A DNA stretch of 64,000 nucleotides from Candidatus Omnitrophota bacterium (GTDB lineage: Bacteria > Omnitrophota > Gorgyraeia > Zapsychrales > Fredricksoniimonadaceae). Both the position numbers and the translations under genes were made by a program. This document shows positions 9,028 through 18,788 of the stretch, piece by piece (position 1 is the stretch's first letter; each line of letters begins with the position of its first letter). The notes under the pieces are model-generated. The model saw only the letters and a list, made by a program, of their open reading frames with translations. It was not told where the DNA came from and made no database searches. The stretch spans positions 39,885 through 103,884 of the forward strand of contig CAIUQE010000037.1 in the NCBI GenBank assembly GCA_903901225.1, given 5' to 3'.

Positions 9028-10233
9028 ATGAAAAAGATCGGCATCCTCACATCAGGCGGCGACTGCGGCGGGCTTAATGGCGTTGTCAAAGGCGCGGCCC
9101 AAACAGCTAACAGCCTCGGGATCACCCCCTACGTCATCCCCAACGGTTACGCAGGCCTTTACAACCTCGTTGAATTTGACAAACTCACCGCGCTGACACC
9201 CGATCGCGCGGACAAGATCGATGCCAACCTGGCCGGGTCCGAAGCCGGGCACTCACGCGTGAAGGTGAAGAAGATCGAGGATCCCAAAAAATACGAACGG
9301 ATCAAGGAAGGCATGAAGAAGTTCGGCATTGACGGCCTGGTGATCTCCGGCGGCGATGACTCAGGGTCGGTCATGGTCGATCTGTTCGAACAGGGCATCA
9401 AATGTGTCCACGCGCCCAAGACCATGGACCTGGACCTGCAAACCTATTCCGTCGGAGCGGACTCCACGATCAACAAGATCGCCCAATACGTTGAAGAACT
9501 GAAGACCACCGCCTTGACCCATAACCGCGTCCTTATCCTTGAAGTATTCGGCCGCTACGCCGGTCATACCGCTTTTCGCGGTGGTGTTGCCGCTGACGCG
9601 GACGCCATCCTTATCCCCGAAATACCGACCGATTTCGACGTGCTTTACGACCACATCAAGGAACGTTATTTCGCGCGTATTTTAAAGAGCGATGTGATGG
9701 CCGGCAATTATATGATCGTTGTCGCTGAAGGCTTACGCAACATTGACGGCTCTGATATCGTGGATGAAGCCGCGGGCATTGACGCGTTTGGCCACAAAAA
9801 ACTTGCCGGCGCCGGGAAATACGCGGTCCAGGAGATCACCAGGCGCTTCAAGGCGGACCCCCAGATCAAGGACCTGATGAAGCAAACAAAGATGTATGTT
9901 GAAAAAATGAACGAGATCCCCGAGATCCGCTCCGTCGTCCCTGGCCATCTTGTCCGTTGCGGGCATTCTTCCGCGTATGACGTGTGTTTCGGCAAGGAAG
10001 CCGGCGCCGCGGCCGTCATGCTCCTTCACAAGGGGCTGGTGGGTGTCACGATCGTCGGTATTGACGGGGAAAATATCCGCTACATGGAATCAAAGAAAGC
10101 CATTGTCCAGCGCCATGTGGACCTCTCCCAGGTGGAGGTTTATGAGCAGATGGGCGTTTGTTTTGGCCGCAAGCACGGAACCTACAAACCGAAGTTTGAA
10201 CAAGTTGAAGGCAAGATAACCCGGCACCTGTGA
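9028..10233 (+). CDS. pfp: 6-phosphofructokinase, probably pyrophosphate-dependent (PPi-PFK)
   Basis: PFK family GILTSGGDCGGLN and ISGGDDSGS...APKTMDLD; residues aligning to E. coli PfkA G104/G124 are D and K, the PPi-specificity determinants; start moved to ATG 9028, which follows AAGGAG. Confidence 0.75.
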   Translation: MKKIGILTSGGDCGGLNGVVKGAAQTANSLGITPYVIPNGYAGLYNLVEFDKLTALTPDRADKIDANLAGSEAGHSRVKVKKIEDPKKYERIKEGMKKFGIDGLVISGGDDSGSVMVDLFEQGIKCVHAPKTMDLDLQTYSVGADSTINKIAQYVEELKTTALTHNRVLILEVFGRYAGHTAFRGGVAADADAILIPEIPTDFDVLYDHIKERYFARILKSDVMAGNYMIVVAEGLRNIDGSDIVDEAAGIDAFGHKKLAGAGKYAVQEITRRFKADPQIKDLMKQTKMYVEKMNEIPEIRSVVPGHLVRCGHSSAYDVCFGKEAGAAAVMLLHKGLVGVTIVGIDGENIRYMESKKAIVQRHVDLSQVEVYEQMGVCFGRKHGTYKPKFEQVEGKITRHL

Positions 10234-10260
10234 TCTTTGTTGCTTCGCCAGCAGTCGTTC

Positions 10261-10296
10261 TTCACAGGCAGGGTTATTCCCTGCCCTGCCTGTGAA
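10261..10296. terminator. 13-bp perfect GC-rich hairpin between convergent genes; contains the stop codon of the DUF2079-like gene
   Basis: TTCACAGGCAGGG-ttattccctg-CCCTGCCTGTGAA; no U-tract on either strand. Confidence 0.35.
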
Positions 10297-11689
10297 AAAG
10301 CTTTAATCCCCCCCGCTGTTCCATCAATTTCCATCCGTCTGAAAAAAACTTCCTGATACGGATCTTTTCCGGCTGAGAATCCGTCATCCACGGATCATGG
10401 GTATCGACCAAGGCGTATGTGACATCTTCCGGAAGCTCAAATATCTTGCCCATAGCGAATTCAGTGTTTCGGGATTTTTCCGGATCCTGGAATTTATCAT
10501 TATAAACTTTATAAAATGAATAAGCTTTCAGGCGCGAGGACAAGGGCGCAAGCACATCGAACGAAGTAACAACGCCTGCCTGGGGCGGTATCTTTTGAAT
10601 AAGTTCCCAGCGAAAAGCCACCTCCGTATCCGAAAAACGCCGGACATCCTGCCATAACACATTCTTATAACGAATAGCACCCACGCCGCATCCCATCATG
10701 AATAACACCAAAAACACAACGAACATCTTCCTGCCGAACCTGGAGCCTACCCAAGCCAGTGAATCAATGAGCGCCACGAAAATGAAAGGTGTCATGGCAA
10801 ACCCGTAAAAATAAAATATGCTGTGTTCCGTGGGGTGGATCGAGAGCGCGTGCAACAGGAAAATCGGCACCCCCAGGACAAGCGACGCCGGAGAAATAAA
10901 AGCGATCGCCCCGCAGGGGCTGAAAAGATCTGCCAGGAACCGCGCGTTCCAGGCTGAGAACAAAGACTGGCCCATGGCCATCGGCGCGGCAAAAAGATGC
11001 TTGTACCTTAACCAGGCCGAAACACCTTCCTCTCCGCGAAAACATTTGACCGTGACCATGGCCATCGCCAATCCCACGCATGAGAACAGGATCGCACCCC
11101 AATTCCAGGCGAATGAGCGGCGCTGGATTAGTCCATACATCCCGAAAGCCATGACAACAAGGATCAGGTTTTCTTTCGTCAGGCACAACAACACGGCAAC
11201 GATCCAAAAGAGACGCAGATCCTTGCGCCGCCAGGCGTCAAACATCATAAAAATAAAGAGCGGCGCGAAACACTCCATGCTGAACTCGTACAAGAGCGCA
11301 AAACAATTCGGCACAAAAAAGGAGAACAGCAAAACGATGGCAACAGCCCCCGCATGGCCAAGTTTTTCATGGGCCAACCGGTAAAGCCAGTAAAGACTCA
11401 AGGCAAAGGCGGCTGCCTTGATATACAGGAGTGTGAGCGGCGACGGGAACAAGGCATACGCAGGAAGCAGAAATAAAACAATATATGAAGCATGGTCGCC
11501 CAGGAAATTATACCCGAAGATCGAACTGTACTGACGCCCCTGGATCATGTTCCAGAAGGACTGGTTGAAAAAAGCAAGGTCCCAATCATAAAAACCAAGA
11601 TACAGGTACTTATACGTGAGTACGGCGGCCCATAACAGGAAAACAAAGGCCATGATCCAGAAGATGCCGGTGTTGGAGTTCCTGTTCAT
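10274..11689 (-). CDS. polytopic membrane protein, DUF2079-like (GT-C fold candidate)
   Basis: 471 aa, about 12 hydrophobic helices, N-terminal GFYDWDLAFFNQ motif like DUF2079 proteins. Confidence 0.4.
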   Translation of the reverse strand: MNRNSNTGIFWIMAFVFLLWAAVLTYKYLYLGFYDWDLAFFNQSFWNMIQGRQYSSIFGYNFLGDHASYIVLFLLPAYALFPSPLTLLYIKAAAFALSLYWLYRLAHEKLGHAGAVAIVLLFSFFVPNCFALLYEFSMECFAPLFIFMMFDAWRRKDLRLFWIVAVLLCLTKENLILVVMAFGMYGLIQRRSFAWNWGAILFSCVGLAMAMVTVKCFRGEEGVSAWLRYKHLFAAPMAMGQSLFSAWNARFLADLFSPCGAIAFISPASLVLGVPIFLLHALSIHPTEHSIFYFYGFAMTPFIFVALIDSLAWVGSRFGRKMFVVFLVLFMMGCGVGAIRYKNVLWQDVRRFSDTEVAFRWELIQKIPPQAGVVTSFDVLAPLSSRLKAYSFYKVYNDKFQDPEKSRNTEFAMGKIFELPEDVTYALVDTHDPWMTDSQPEKIRIRKFFSDGWKLMEQRGGLKLFHRQGRE

Positions 11690-13185
11690 GGACCCGCCTT
11701 GCTAAGCGCAGGAGGATCATAACGAAATACCCATATAACCTTATGGAATTCTTTCACCAGCACAAAACCTGCCTTTTCTAGCGCAGCTTTTTTGATATCA
11801 TCGAACGGATAAAGCCAGTCCGGTTGGTGAAAAAATTCCCATCGGTCCACGACGAGATACGAGGCTACCCGTTGCGTCCGGACCGGATGGAACTGCTCTC
11901 TGGGCATACGCACAGGGAATATCCGTCCGCCATCCTCGCCGAATCCGATCCCGGTAACATATCTCATCTGACGACGGGAACCGGCAAAGATGATGTCCTG
12001 CGGCGCAACATGGCTCCTGATCCAGCTCCCCGCCTCCCCATATCCTGTATAACCACGGTCCGACAAAAATTCGTCTTTATGTTGAAAGAAAGGCACAAAC
12101 AATAGTAAAGACGCCAGAAGGACGACCCATTTGACCACACGACGGTGGCCGGGATCGCGCACACACAGATCTACCACACCTTTTACCCCAAGCCCGCCGA
12201 TGATCGCGAGCAACGGCACAACCGGCAGGATATAGCGGATGTCTTTTTCGGCTCCAAAAGACATGACGGCGAGTGGCACGATCAACATGATATAAAAAAG
12301 AGACCTGATGCCCGGTAAAGCCGCGAGAAAATAAATACCCAAAACGAAAGAAACAAGCTGCAGCGGACCACCGGGAAGGACATTAAAGATCAACGGATAA
12401 TATCCCGCCGGCTGGTTAAAGCAAACACCCGGTCCGCCGGTTGTCCTCAAGAAATCGACCGAAAGGATGAACAACGGCAAAAGTGGTAAAAGCCCAAAGA
12501 AGCAAGTAATCCCAAGGCTCCTGGCACGGTCCACGATCTTAAGGTCCTGGAAAGCAATGAAGAAATACAGGACAAGCACCGGAAGAACAAGAAAAACGCC
12601 ATATCCTTTACAAAGGCACACGAAGATGGCCGCAGCAGAAATACCTGCGAGAGTTCTTTTGTCAGTAAGATCCCCAGACAGCCGGGCATTCAACAACGCT
12701 ATCGCCAGAGAAAGGTATGCAACGGTCAATAATCCATCGATAAGGATAAGGCCGGCATGTTGATAATAAATAACATTCACGGCAAGGAACACGGCCCCCA
12801 ACGCGCCCGAAAATAGGCCTGAAGAGCGCCGGGCCAGTTCAAAGACCAGGACAATGCCCGAAAGATTGATCAGGACCGTTATCGCGTGGAACCCGGCCAT
12901 GTCGGGTGCGAAATATCGCCCCAGTGAAAGGATAATCGGGAAAAGGGGCGGATGCCCCGACAATATGACCGTGCGAAAGATGCTGGAGGGATCGTTCAGG
13001 AACCATTGAACGAATGTCAGGTAAAGCGCTTCGTCGGGCCACAGGCGCTCAATGAACAAGCACGGAAGACGGGCGATAAACGAAAGGATCAGGATAAAGG
13101 CAATAAAACACACCGGCCCGTAACGGAACCAACCGGCCCTTCCCCCATCATGGCCAGGTGATGTCATACCCTTCCTGACGCGCAA
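11686..13185 (-). CDS. ArnT/PMT-like (GT39/GT83 family) membrane glycosyltransferase
   Basis: 499 aa polytopic protein; N-terminal loop with DEALY motif typical of dolichyl/undecaprenyl-phosphate sugar dependent GT-C enzymes. Confidence 0.5.
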   Translation of the reverse strand: MRVRKGMTSPGHDGGRAGWFRYGPVCFIAFILILSFIARLPCLFIERLWPDEALYLTFVQWFLNDPSSIFRTVILSGHPPLFPIILSLGRYFAPDMAGFHAITVLINLSGIVLVFELARRSSGLFSGALGAVFLAVNVIYYQHAGLILIDGLLTVAYLSLAIALLNARLSGDLTDKRTLAGISAAAIFVCLCKGYGVFLVLPVLVLYFFIAFQDLKIVDRARSLGITCFFGLLPLLPLFILSVDFLRTTGGPGVCFNQPAGYYPLIFNVLPGGPLQLVSFVLGIYFLAALPGIRSLFYIMLIVPLAVMSFGAEKDIRYILPVVPLLAIIGGLGVKGVVDLCVRDPGHRRVVKWVVLLASLLLFVPFFQHKDEFLSDRGYTGYGEAGSWIRSHVAPQDIIFAGSRRQMRYVTGIGFGEDGGRIFPVRMPREQFHPVRTQRVASYLVVDRWEFFHQPDWLYPFDDIKKAALEKAGFVLVKEFHKVIWVFRYDPPALSKAGP

Positions 13186-14036
13186 CCATGACTTTTAAGG
13201 ACACGCGGCATCTCATCAAGGATGTCTGTCGCTATCATGGCTATCATGGTCTTACGCCGCGCCGCGGCATCCCCTGCCGCGCCATGGATCAACGCCCCCC
13301 ATTTGGCCGCGTCAAAGGGTTCCAATCCTTGCGCCAGGAAGGCCGCGATCATGCCGGTGAGCACATCCCCGCTGCCCGCCGTCGCCATGCCCTGGTTCCC
13401 CGTTGTGTTGACGTAAGCCGCGCCATCCGGCCTGGCGACAACCGTGCGGTGGCCTTTAAGGACCAGAACACACTTGAATTTTCTTGAAAATTGAACGGCC
13501 GAAAGAACCCTTTCCGACGCGGCGGGAGGCCGGGAAACCCCCAGCAAACGCGCCATTTCTCCGGGATGAGGTGTGAGTATCCTGGGCCCTTTTGCTTTCA
13601 AGAGAATTCCCGGGCATCCGGCCAGCGCGTTGAGTGCGTCCGCGTCGACCACCATGGGCAAAGGACATTCCACGATCAAGCGCATGACAAATTTTACTAT
13701 TGAAGGCTCCAACGATAGTCCGGGGCCGAGGGCCACAGCTGAGAACTTCGAAATATCATTAAGGATCTGATTTGCGGCGGCTGAGGAAAATGTCATCGCC
13801 TTTTTCTGGAGCACCGGAAATGTCATGACAACATGCGACAATTTTTCCTGCAGTGTGAGATTAAGGCCAGCGGGAATCGCGGCAGTCACAAGCCCGGCGC
13901 CTGAACGCATCGCCGCCAGTGAGGTCAGGCAAGGGGCGCCAAGCATGCGCGGCGAGCCCGCCACGACGAGGACATGGCCGAAATTGTTCTTGTGGACGTT
14001 AGTCCTTCGTCTCAACAACGGCGCTGGCAACCGCAT
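13164..14036 (-). CDS. nnrD: ADP-dependent NAD(P)H-hydrate dehydratase (YjeF C-terminal domain)
   Basis: HVLVVAGSPRMLGAPCL...GSGDVLTG motifs of the carbohydrate-kinase-like NnrD fold. Confidence 0.75.
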   Translation of the reverse strand: MRLPAPLLRRRTNVHKNNFGHVLVVAGSPRMLGAPCLTSLAAMRSGAGLVTAAIPAGLNLTLQEKLSHVVMTFPVLQKKAMTFSSAAANQILNDISKFSAVALGPGLSLEPSIVKFVMRLIVECPLPMVVDADALNALAGCPGILLKAKGPRILTPHPGEMARLLGVSRPPAASERVLSAVQFSRKFKCVLVLKGHRTVVARPDGAAYVNTTGNQGMATAGSGDVLTGMIAAFLAQGLEPFDAAKWGALIHGAAGDAAARRKTMIAMIATDILDEMPRVLKSHGCASGRV

Positions 14037-14346
14037 AGAATTTGGAATGGGAGATTGAAAGATGGACCCTGTGCTTCAACCCTTTGATATGGCATTCAGG
14101 CTTGCCCTCGGGGTTGTTGATGACGGTTATGTCTTTCCAGGAAATTTTCTTATTACCCAGGGCCTTGTAGATGGCTTCTTTGGCGGCAAAACGGCCGGCG
14201 TAATGCTGATAGGGTACCGTATGCGACTTGGCATACGCGATCTCTTTGGGATTCAGCACGCGCGTAAGGAACCTGTCACCCCAGGTCTTTACGGCTGAAC
14301 GGATGCGCTCTATCTCAATGATATCAATCCCGGAGCCGATGATCAC
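13999..14346 (-). CDS. acpS: holo-[acyl-carrier-protein] synthase
   Basis: MIIGSGIDIIEIERI...FAAKEAIYKAL...LSISHS; classic AcpS, 115 aa. Confidence 0.85.
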   Translation of the reverse strand: MIIGSGIDIIEIERIRSAVKTWGDRFLTRVLNPKEIAYAKSHTVPYQHYAGRFAAKEAIYKALGNKKISWKDITVINNPEGKPECHIKGLKHRVHLSISHSKFYAVASAVVETKD

Positions 14347-14357
14347 ACATGGCCTTT

Positions 14358-15083
14358 CTAAACGCCGTTCACTCTCGCCAGGGCCAGCATATCTTTAACG
14401 GCCTGGTACAACCCCGTATCGATGGCGTGAGCAATGATCGAATGGCCGATATTAAGCTCGTGGATACCGTTGATCACCGCGACCGCGCGCGTGTTCTGGT
14501 AATGCAGGCCATGCCCCACATTCACGACGAGCCCGGACTTTCGGGCATAGGCCGTCATCGCCGCCAATGCCTTCAACTCCCTGTCCCTCGCCGTTTTCGT
14601 CGGCGCCAGCGCGTAAGCGCCCGTATGGAACTCAATGATGCCGATCCCCAGTTCCAGGGTCTTGTCGATCTGTTGTTTCTCGGGATCAATGAACAGGCTG
14701 ATCGCGATGCCTTTATCCCGCATCCTGGCACAGGAGGCTTTTAAACGTTTGAATTGGGCCACGACATCAAGCCCGCCCTCCGTCGTGACCTCCTGACGGC
14801 GTTCAGGCACCAGCGTAACCTGCACCGGCCTTAAACGACAGGCAATATCAACGATCCCGGGCGCGATCGACATCTCCAGGTTGAAGCGGACGGAAAGTTC
14901 TTTTCTCAGGCGGATGACATCATCATCATTGATATGGCGGCGATCCTCACGCAGGTGAGCCACGATCGAGTCGGCTCCGGCTTTTTCACAGATCAGCGCG
15001 GCGCTCACGGGGTCGGGATAGGCACATCGCCTGGCCTGGCGCAAGGTCGCCACGTGATCGATATTGACACCCAGTAATGGCAT
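14358..15083 (-). CDS. pdxJ: pyridoxine 5'-phosphate synthase
   Basis: MPLLGVNIDHVATLRQARR... TIM-barrel PdxJ; start set at the Met preceded by GAGGTAG. Confidence 0.9.
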   Translation of the reverse strand: MPLLGVNIDHVATLRQARRCAYPDPVSAALICEKAGADSIVAHLREDRRHINDDDVIRLRKELSVRFNLEMSIAPGIVDIACRLRPVQVTLVPERRQEVTTEGGLDVVAQFKRLKASCARMRDKGIAISLFIDPEKQQIDKTLELGIGIIEFHTGAYALAPTKTARDRELKALAAMTAYARKSGLVVNVGHGLHYQNTRAVAVINGIHELNIGHSIIAHAIDTGLYQAVKDMLALARVNGV

Positions 15084-15088
15084 AAAGG

Positions 15089-15187
15089 CTACCTCAGGAT
15101 CTCGCCGTTGACATAGATCCACGTGATGATGGCAAGGCCGAGGGCGATGATCTTCAGCGGAATATTATTCGTGAAAAAAGATCTCAT
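15089..15187 (-). CDS. 32-codon membrane mini-ORF overlapping the cdaA stop (possible CdaR/YbbR N-terminal remnant)
   Basis: ATGA overlap with the cdaA stop; translation MRSFFTNNIPLKIIALGLAIITWIYVNGEILR resembles the N-terminal signal-anchor of CdaR; too short for the ORF track. Confidence 0.3.
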   Translation of the reverse strand: MRSFFTNNIPLKIIALGLAIITWIYVNGEILR

Positions 15188-15957
15188 TTTTTGCCTTTCG
15201 TGACGGAGATCAAGATGTCCCTGAGAATGGCCTGCAAGCGTTCCGGCCCGGTGACGGGGATGAATTTACCGTCACAGGCAATGGATATTTCCCCCGTTTC
15301 CTCGGAAACCAGAAGGGCCACGGCATCCGTGTGTTCCGTCAATCCCAGGGCCGCGCGATGGCGCGTGCCAATGATCTTGCTCAGGTTCTGGTTATCGGTC
15401 AAAGGGAACAGGCACGCCGCCGCGACGATCCTCTGCCCGCGGACCACAACACCCCCGTCGTGGATCGGCGACACGTGCTGGAATATCGTCTGGATCAATT
15501 CCGACGTGACCACGCCGTCGATATAAACACCGCTTTCGATATAGGCGGTTAATTTCGTTTCACGCTCAATGGCAATGATAGCCCCGGTTCTTTTTTCGGA
15601 CAGTTTGAAAACCGCCTCCGAAAGTTCACTGATGACCGCGACAACTTCGGACTCCTCCAGGAAAAGGCTGAACAGATGCCCCCGGCCCAGGCGGGCAAGC
15701 CCGTGACGGAGTTCCTGCTGAAAAAGGATGACCATGGCGAGGATGGAAATGGCGAAGAACTTCATCAGCAGCCAGTTGAGCGTGTCGAAACGCAACAGCT
15801 GGGCCAAAAGGAAAATGATGGCAAGATACGTGATCCCTTTCAAAACCTGAAAAGCGCGCGTCCCCTGAAAGAATAAGAGGATACGGTAAAATATCCACCA
15901 CAGCACGAGGATCTCCAGGAACGGCTTGATCAGTAACCAAAGTTCAAAAAAATTCAT
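15184..15957 (-). CDS. cdaA: diadenylate cyclase (c-di-AMP synthase), membrane-anchored
   Basis: Three N-terminal TM helices then a DisA_N domain with the GAIIAIE, DGGVVVRG and RHRAALGLTE motifs. Confidence 0.85.
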   Translation of the reverse strand: MNFFELWLLIKPFLEILVLWWIFYRILLFFQGTRAFQVLKGITYLAIIFLLAQLLRFDTLNWLLMKFFAISILAMVILFQQELRHGLARLGRGHLFSLFLEESEVVAVISELSEAVFKLSEKRTGAIIAIERETKLTAYIESGVYIDGVVTSELIQTIFQHVSPIHDGGVVVRGQRIVAAACLFPLTDNQNLSKIIGTRHRAALGLTEHTDAVALLVSEETGEISIACDGKFIPVTGPERLQAILRDILISVTKGKK

Positions 15958-15969
15958 CCCAACCTCACG

Positions 15970-16836
15970 TTAATTCGCCCCGATAACGGCATCGGCCATC
16001 TGTGCCGCCTGTTTCATGGCCTTAACATCATGCACCCGCAGGATATGCGCCCCGGCGGCGATGGCCAGCGCGCATGTCACCACAGTCCCCGTCAACCTCC
16101 CGTCGACATCGACATCGAGCGTCCTGCCGATGAATGATTTGCGTGATGTACCGACAAGGACCGGACGACGCAACGTGGCAAATTCACGCAACCGATTCAA
16201 CAAGAGAAGGTTCTGCTCAACGGTCTTTGAGAACCCGACACCCGGATCAACTACGACGCACGCTTTTTTTATACCGTATAAAGAACAATTATCCAAGCTC
16301 TTTTTAAGTTCATTCCTGACGTCCCGGACAACATCCCCATAACGGCAATGCTGTTGCATGGTTCGCGGGGTCCCCCTCATATGCATGAGAACCAGGCCGG
16401 CACCGCGGCGGCCGACACATTCAAGGATACGCGGATCCGCCGGCGTTCCCTGGACCAGATTAACAATAGAAGCCCCCGCGTCCAGGGCCAGACGCGCGAT
16501 CTCGGGCTTGCGCGTGTCGATGGCAATCGGGACTTTAACAGCCTTCGCCAGAGCCTTGATCAACGGCAGGACACGAGCCGCTTCTTCTTTCAACGATACC
16601 AGACGCGCGCCGGGGCGCGTTGATTCACCACCGACATCAATGATATCCGCGCCGTCATTAACAAGCTGTCGCGCGTAACGCAGTCCAGGGACTTTTTCCC
16701 TGATCCTCTTAACCCTTACACCGTCGCCGCTGAAAGAATCCGGCGTCGCGTTGACGATCCCCAGCAGCAGGGTCCGCTCGCCTAACTTCATCCGGAAGGC
16801 CCCGGCATACCACACGAACTTTTTTCTTAAAGCCAC
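15970..16836 (-). CDS. folP: dihydropteroate synthase
   Basis: GIVNATPDSFSGDG pterin-binding signature and full-length similarity. Confidence 0.9.
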   Translation of the reverse strand: MALRKKFVWYAGAFRMKLGERTLLLGIVNATPDSFSGDGVRVKRIREKVPGLRYARQLVNDGADIIDVGGESTRPGARLVSLKEEAARVLPLIKALAKAVKVPIAIDTRKPEIARLALDAGASIVNLVQGTPADPRILECVGRRGAGLVLMHMRGTPRTMQQHCRYGDVVRDVRNELKKSLDNCSLYGIKKACVVVDPGVGFSKTVEQNLLLLNRLREFATLRRPVLVGTSRKSFIGRTLDVDVDGRLTGTVVTCALAIAAGAHILRVHDVKAMKQAAQMADAVIGAN

Positions 16837-16839
16837 GTG

Positions 16840-18768
16840 TTACGCGTCCTCTTTGGGTGCCAGCGGCATGCCCAGCAGCGTCCTGGCTTCCTCGATATCC
16901 ATGACCTCTTTTTCGATCAGGCGATTGGCGATAATATCCAGCTTGTCGCGATGCTGCGCGATAAGGCCGCGGGCGCGCTGGTAAGCGGCATCGACAAGTT
17001 TTTTGACCTCACCATCGATCTCCTGCGCGGTCGCGCTGCCGTAGTCCTTCTCTTCAAAAATGTCACGGCCCAGGAAAGCCGGATGGGTGCTGCGGCCATA
17101 CGCGCGCTTGCCAAGCTGGTCGTTCATCCCGAACATGCACACCATGCTGCGGGCAAGCGAAGCGACTTTTTCAAGGTCATTGGAAACGCCCGTGGTCGTA
17201 TCGTTCATGTAGACCTCTTCGCCGACGAGCCCTCCCAGGAGGACTGTCATTTGGCCAAAAAGTTCGGTCTTCGTGTAATAGTGCTTGTCTTCCGTCGGTG
17301 GTGTCAGCGTGTACCCGCCCGCCATGCCTCTGGGGATGATAGAAACCTTGGAGAAGGTATCAACTTCATTGATCATGAGGCTCAGCAACGCATGCCCCGC
17401 TTCGTGGTGGGCCGTCATGGCTTTCTCTTTCTTGGATGTGGCATGGGATTTTTTCTCCGGCCCCATCGTGACGCGTTCAACGGCGGCAAGGAATTCAGCC
17501 ATCCCGACGCTCTCTTTAGTACGGCGCGCCGCCAGCAGGGCGGCTTCATTGCAAACATTGGCCAGGTCCGCCCCCGAAAAGTAGACGGTCTGCTGGGCGA
17601 TGCGGCGCATATCAACATCCACGTCGAGCTTGATATTGCGGCAGTGGACCTTCAGGATGCCCTCCCGCCCGTTGATGTCAGGCAACCCCACGACGACACG
17701 GCGGTCAAAACGACCCGGGCGCAGCAAGGCAGGGTCGAGCGTGTCCGGCCTGTTGGTCGCGGCCATGACAATGAGGCCGCTGGGAGCGTTGAACCCGTCC
17801 ATTTCCACAAGAAGGGCATTCAGCGTCTGTTCACGCTCGTCGTTGCCGCCGCCGATACCGGCGAAGCGCTGGCGGCCTACCGCGTCGATCTCATCGATGA
17901 ATATGATGCAACCCTTGCCTGATGTGCGGGAGGCTTTCCTCGCCTGCTCAAAAAGGTCGCGCACGCGCGAAGCCCCGACACCGACGAACATCTCCACGAA
18001 ATCAGATCCGCTCAAAGAAAAGAACGGAACGTCCGCCTCTCCGGCCACCGCCTTCGCCAACAGGGTCTTGCCCGTTCCCGGAGGCCCCACAAGAAGGACG
18101 CCTTTAGGTATCTTTCCGCCGAGGCGCTCGAATTTCTTCGGCTCTTTCAGGAACTCAATGATCTCCTGCAACTCTTCCTTGGCCTCATCCACCCCGGCGA
18201 CGTCGCCGAAGGTGATCTTGTTCTGGCCTTTCTCAGAGACCTTGGCGCGTGATTTTCCGAATGACCAGATCTTGTTTCCCATTTCCGCGCCCCTGCGCCC
18301 CAGGAACCATATGAAAAAGATGATCAAAAGGACGGGCACGAAGGAAAAGAACGCCTGGCTCCAGAAGGTTTCCAATGGCTGGACGGTCATGTCCTCCACA
18401 TTCTCGCGCATCAGCGACAGCAGGTCCTTGTCGTCATTGGGGATATTCAGACGGAACTCGGCCCCGTCTTTCATCGTGGCCCGGATAACATTCTCCGCGC
18501 CTTCAGACATGATGATCTTTTTGATGGCCTTGGTGTCCTTGTTCGTTTTCAGGGTGCCGTAAAACTGGCTGTACGTCATCTTGGATGCCGTCTTACTGAC
18601 CGCCGTAGGCTGGCTGGCGATGATCAAAAAGATACACACAATGATAGCCCAGAATATCCAGACGCCGCTGCCGTCCTTGTTGCCGCCCGGGATCATCGGG
18701 GCTTTGGGTGGCCTTGGTTTCTTTTGTGTGGGTGACTGTGGTAACGCCATATCATCTCCTGAATGCAC
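16840..18768 (-). CDS. ftsH: ATP-dependent zinc metalloprotease FtsH
   Basis: Two N-terminal TM helices, AAA+ Walker [18 protein letters not shown] zinc site. Confidence 0.95.
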   Translation of the reverse strand: MHSGDDMALPQSPTQKKPRPPKAPMIPGGNKDGSGVWIFWAIIVCIFLIIASQPTAVSKTASKMTYSQFYGTLKTNKDTKAIKKIIMSEGAENVIRATMKDGAEFRLNIPNDDKDLLSLMRENVEDMTVQPLETFWSQAFFSFVPVLLIIFFIWFLGRRGAEMGNKIWSFGKSRAKVSEKGQNKITFGDVAGVDEAKEELQEIIEFLKEPKKFERLGGKIPKGVLLVGPPGTGKTLLAKAVAGEADVPFFSLSGSDFVEMFVGVGASRVRDLFEQARKASRTSGKGCIIFIDEIDAVGRQRFAGIGGGNDEREQTLNALLVEMDGFNAPSGLIVMAATNRPDTLDPALLRPGRFDRRVVVGLPDINGREGILKVHCRNIKLDVDVDMRRIAQQTVYFSGADLANVCNEAALLAARRTKESVGMAEFLAAVERVTMGPEKKSHATSKKEKAMTAHHEAGHALLSLMINEVDTFSKVSIIPRGMAGGYTLTPPTEDKHYYTKTELFGQMTVLLGGLVGEEVYMNDTTTGVSNDLEKVASLARSMVCMFGMNDQLGKRAYGRSTHPAFLGRDIFEEKDYGSATAQEIDGEVKKLVDAAYQRARGLIAQHRDKLDIIANRLIEKEVMDIEEARTLLGMPLAPKEDA

Positions 18769-18788
18769 CGGCGATCGTTGTCGCCTGG

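Noticed and set aside
16837-18562. Long plus-strand ORFs (361 aa and 320 aa) antisense to ftsH; similar long antisense ORFs occur at 44173-45093 (inside hisD), 1298-2101, 21791-22660, 23197-23868 and 28119-28841
   Set aside because: Low-complexity, Arg/Pro/Ala-rich translations typical of antisense frames in GC-rich coding DNA. Each lies fully inside a well-supported minus-strand gene.
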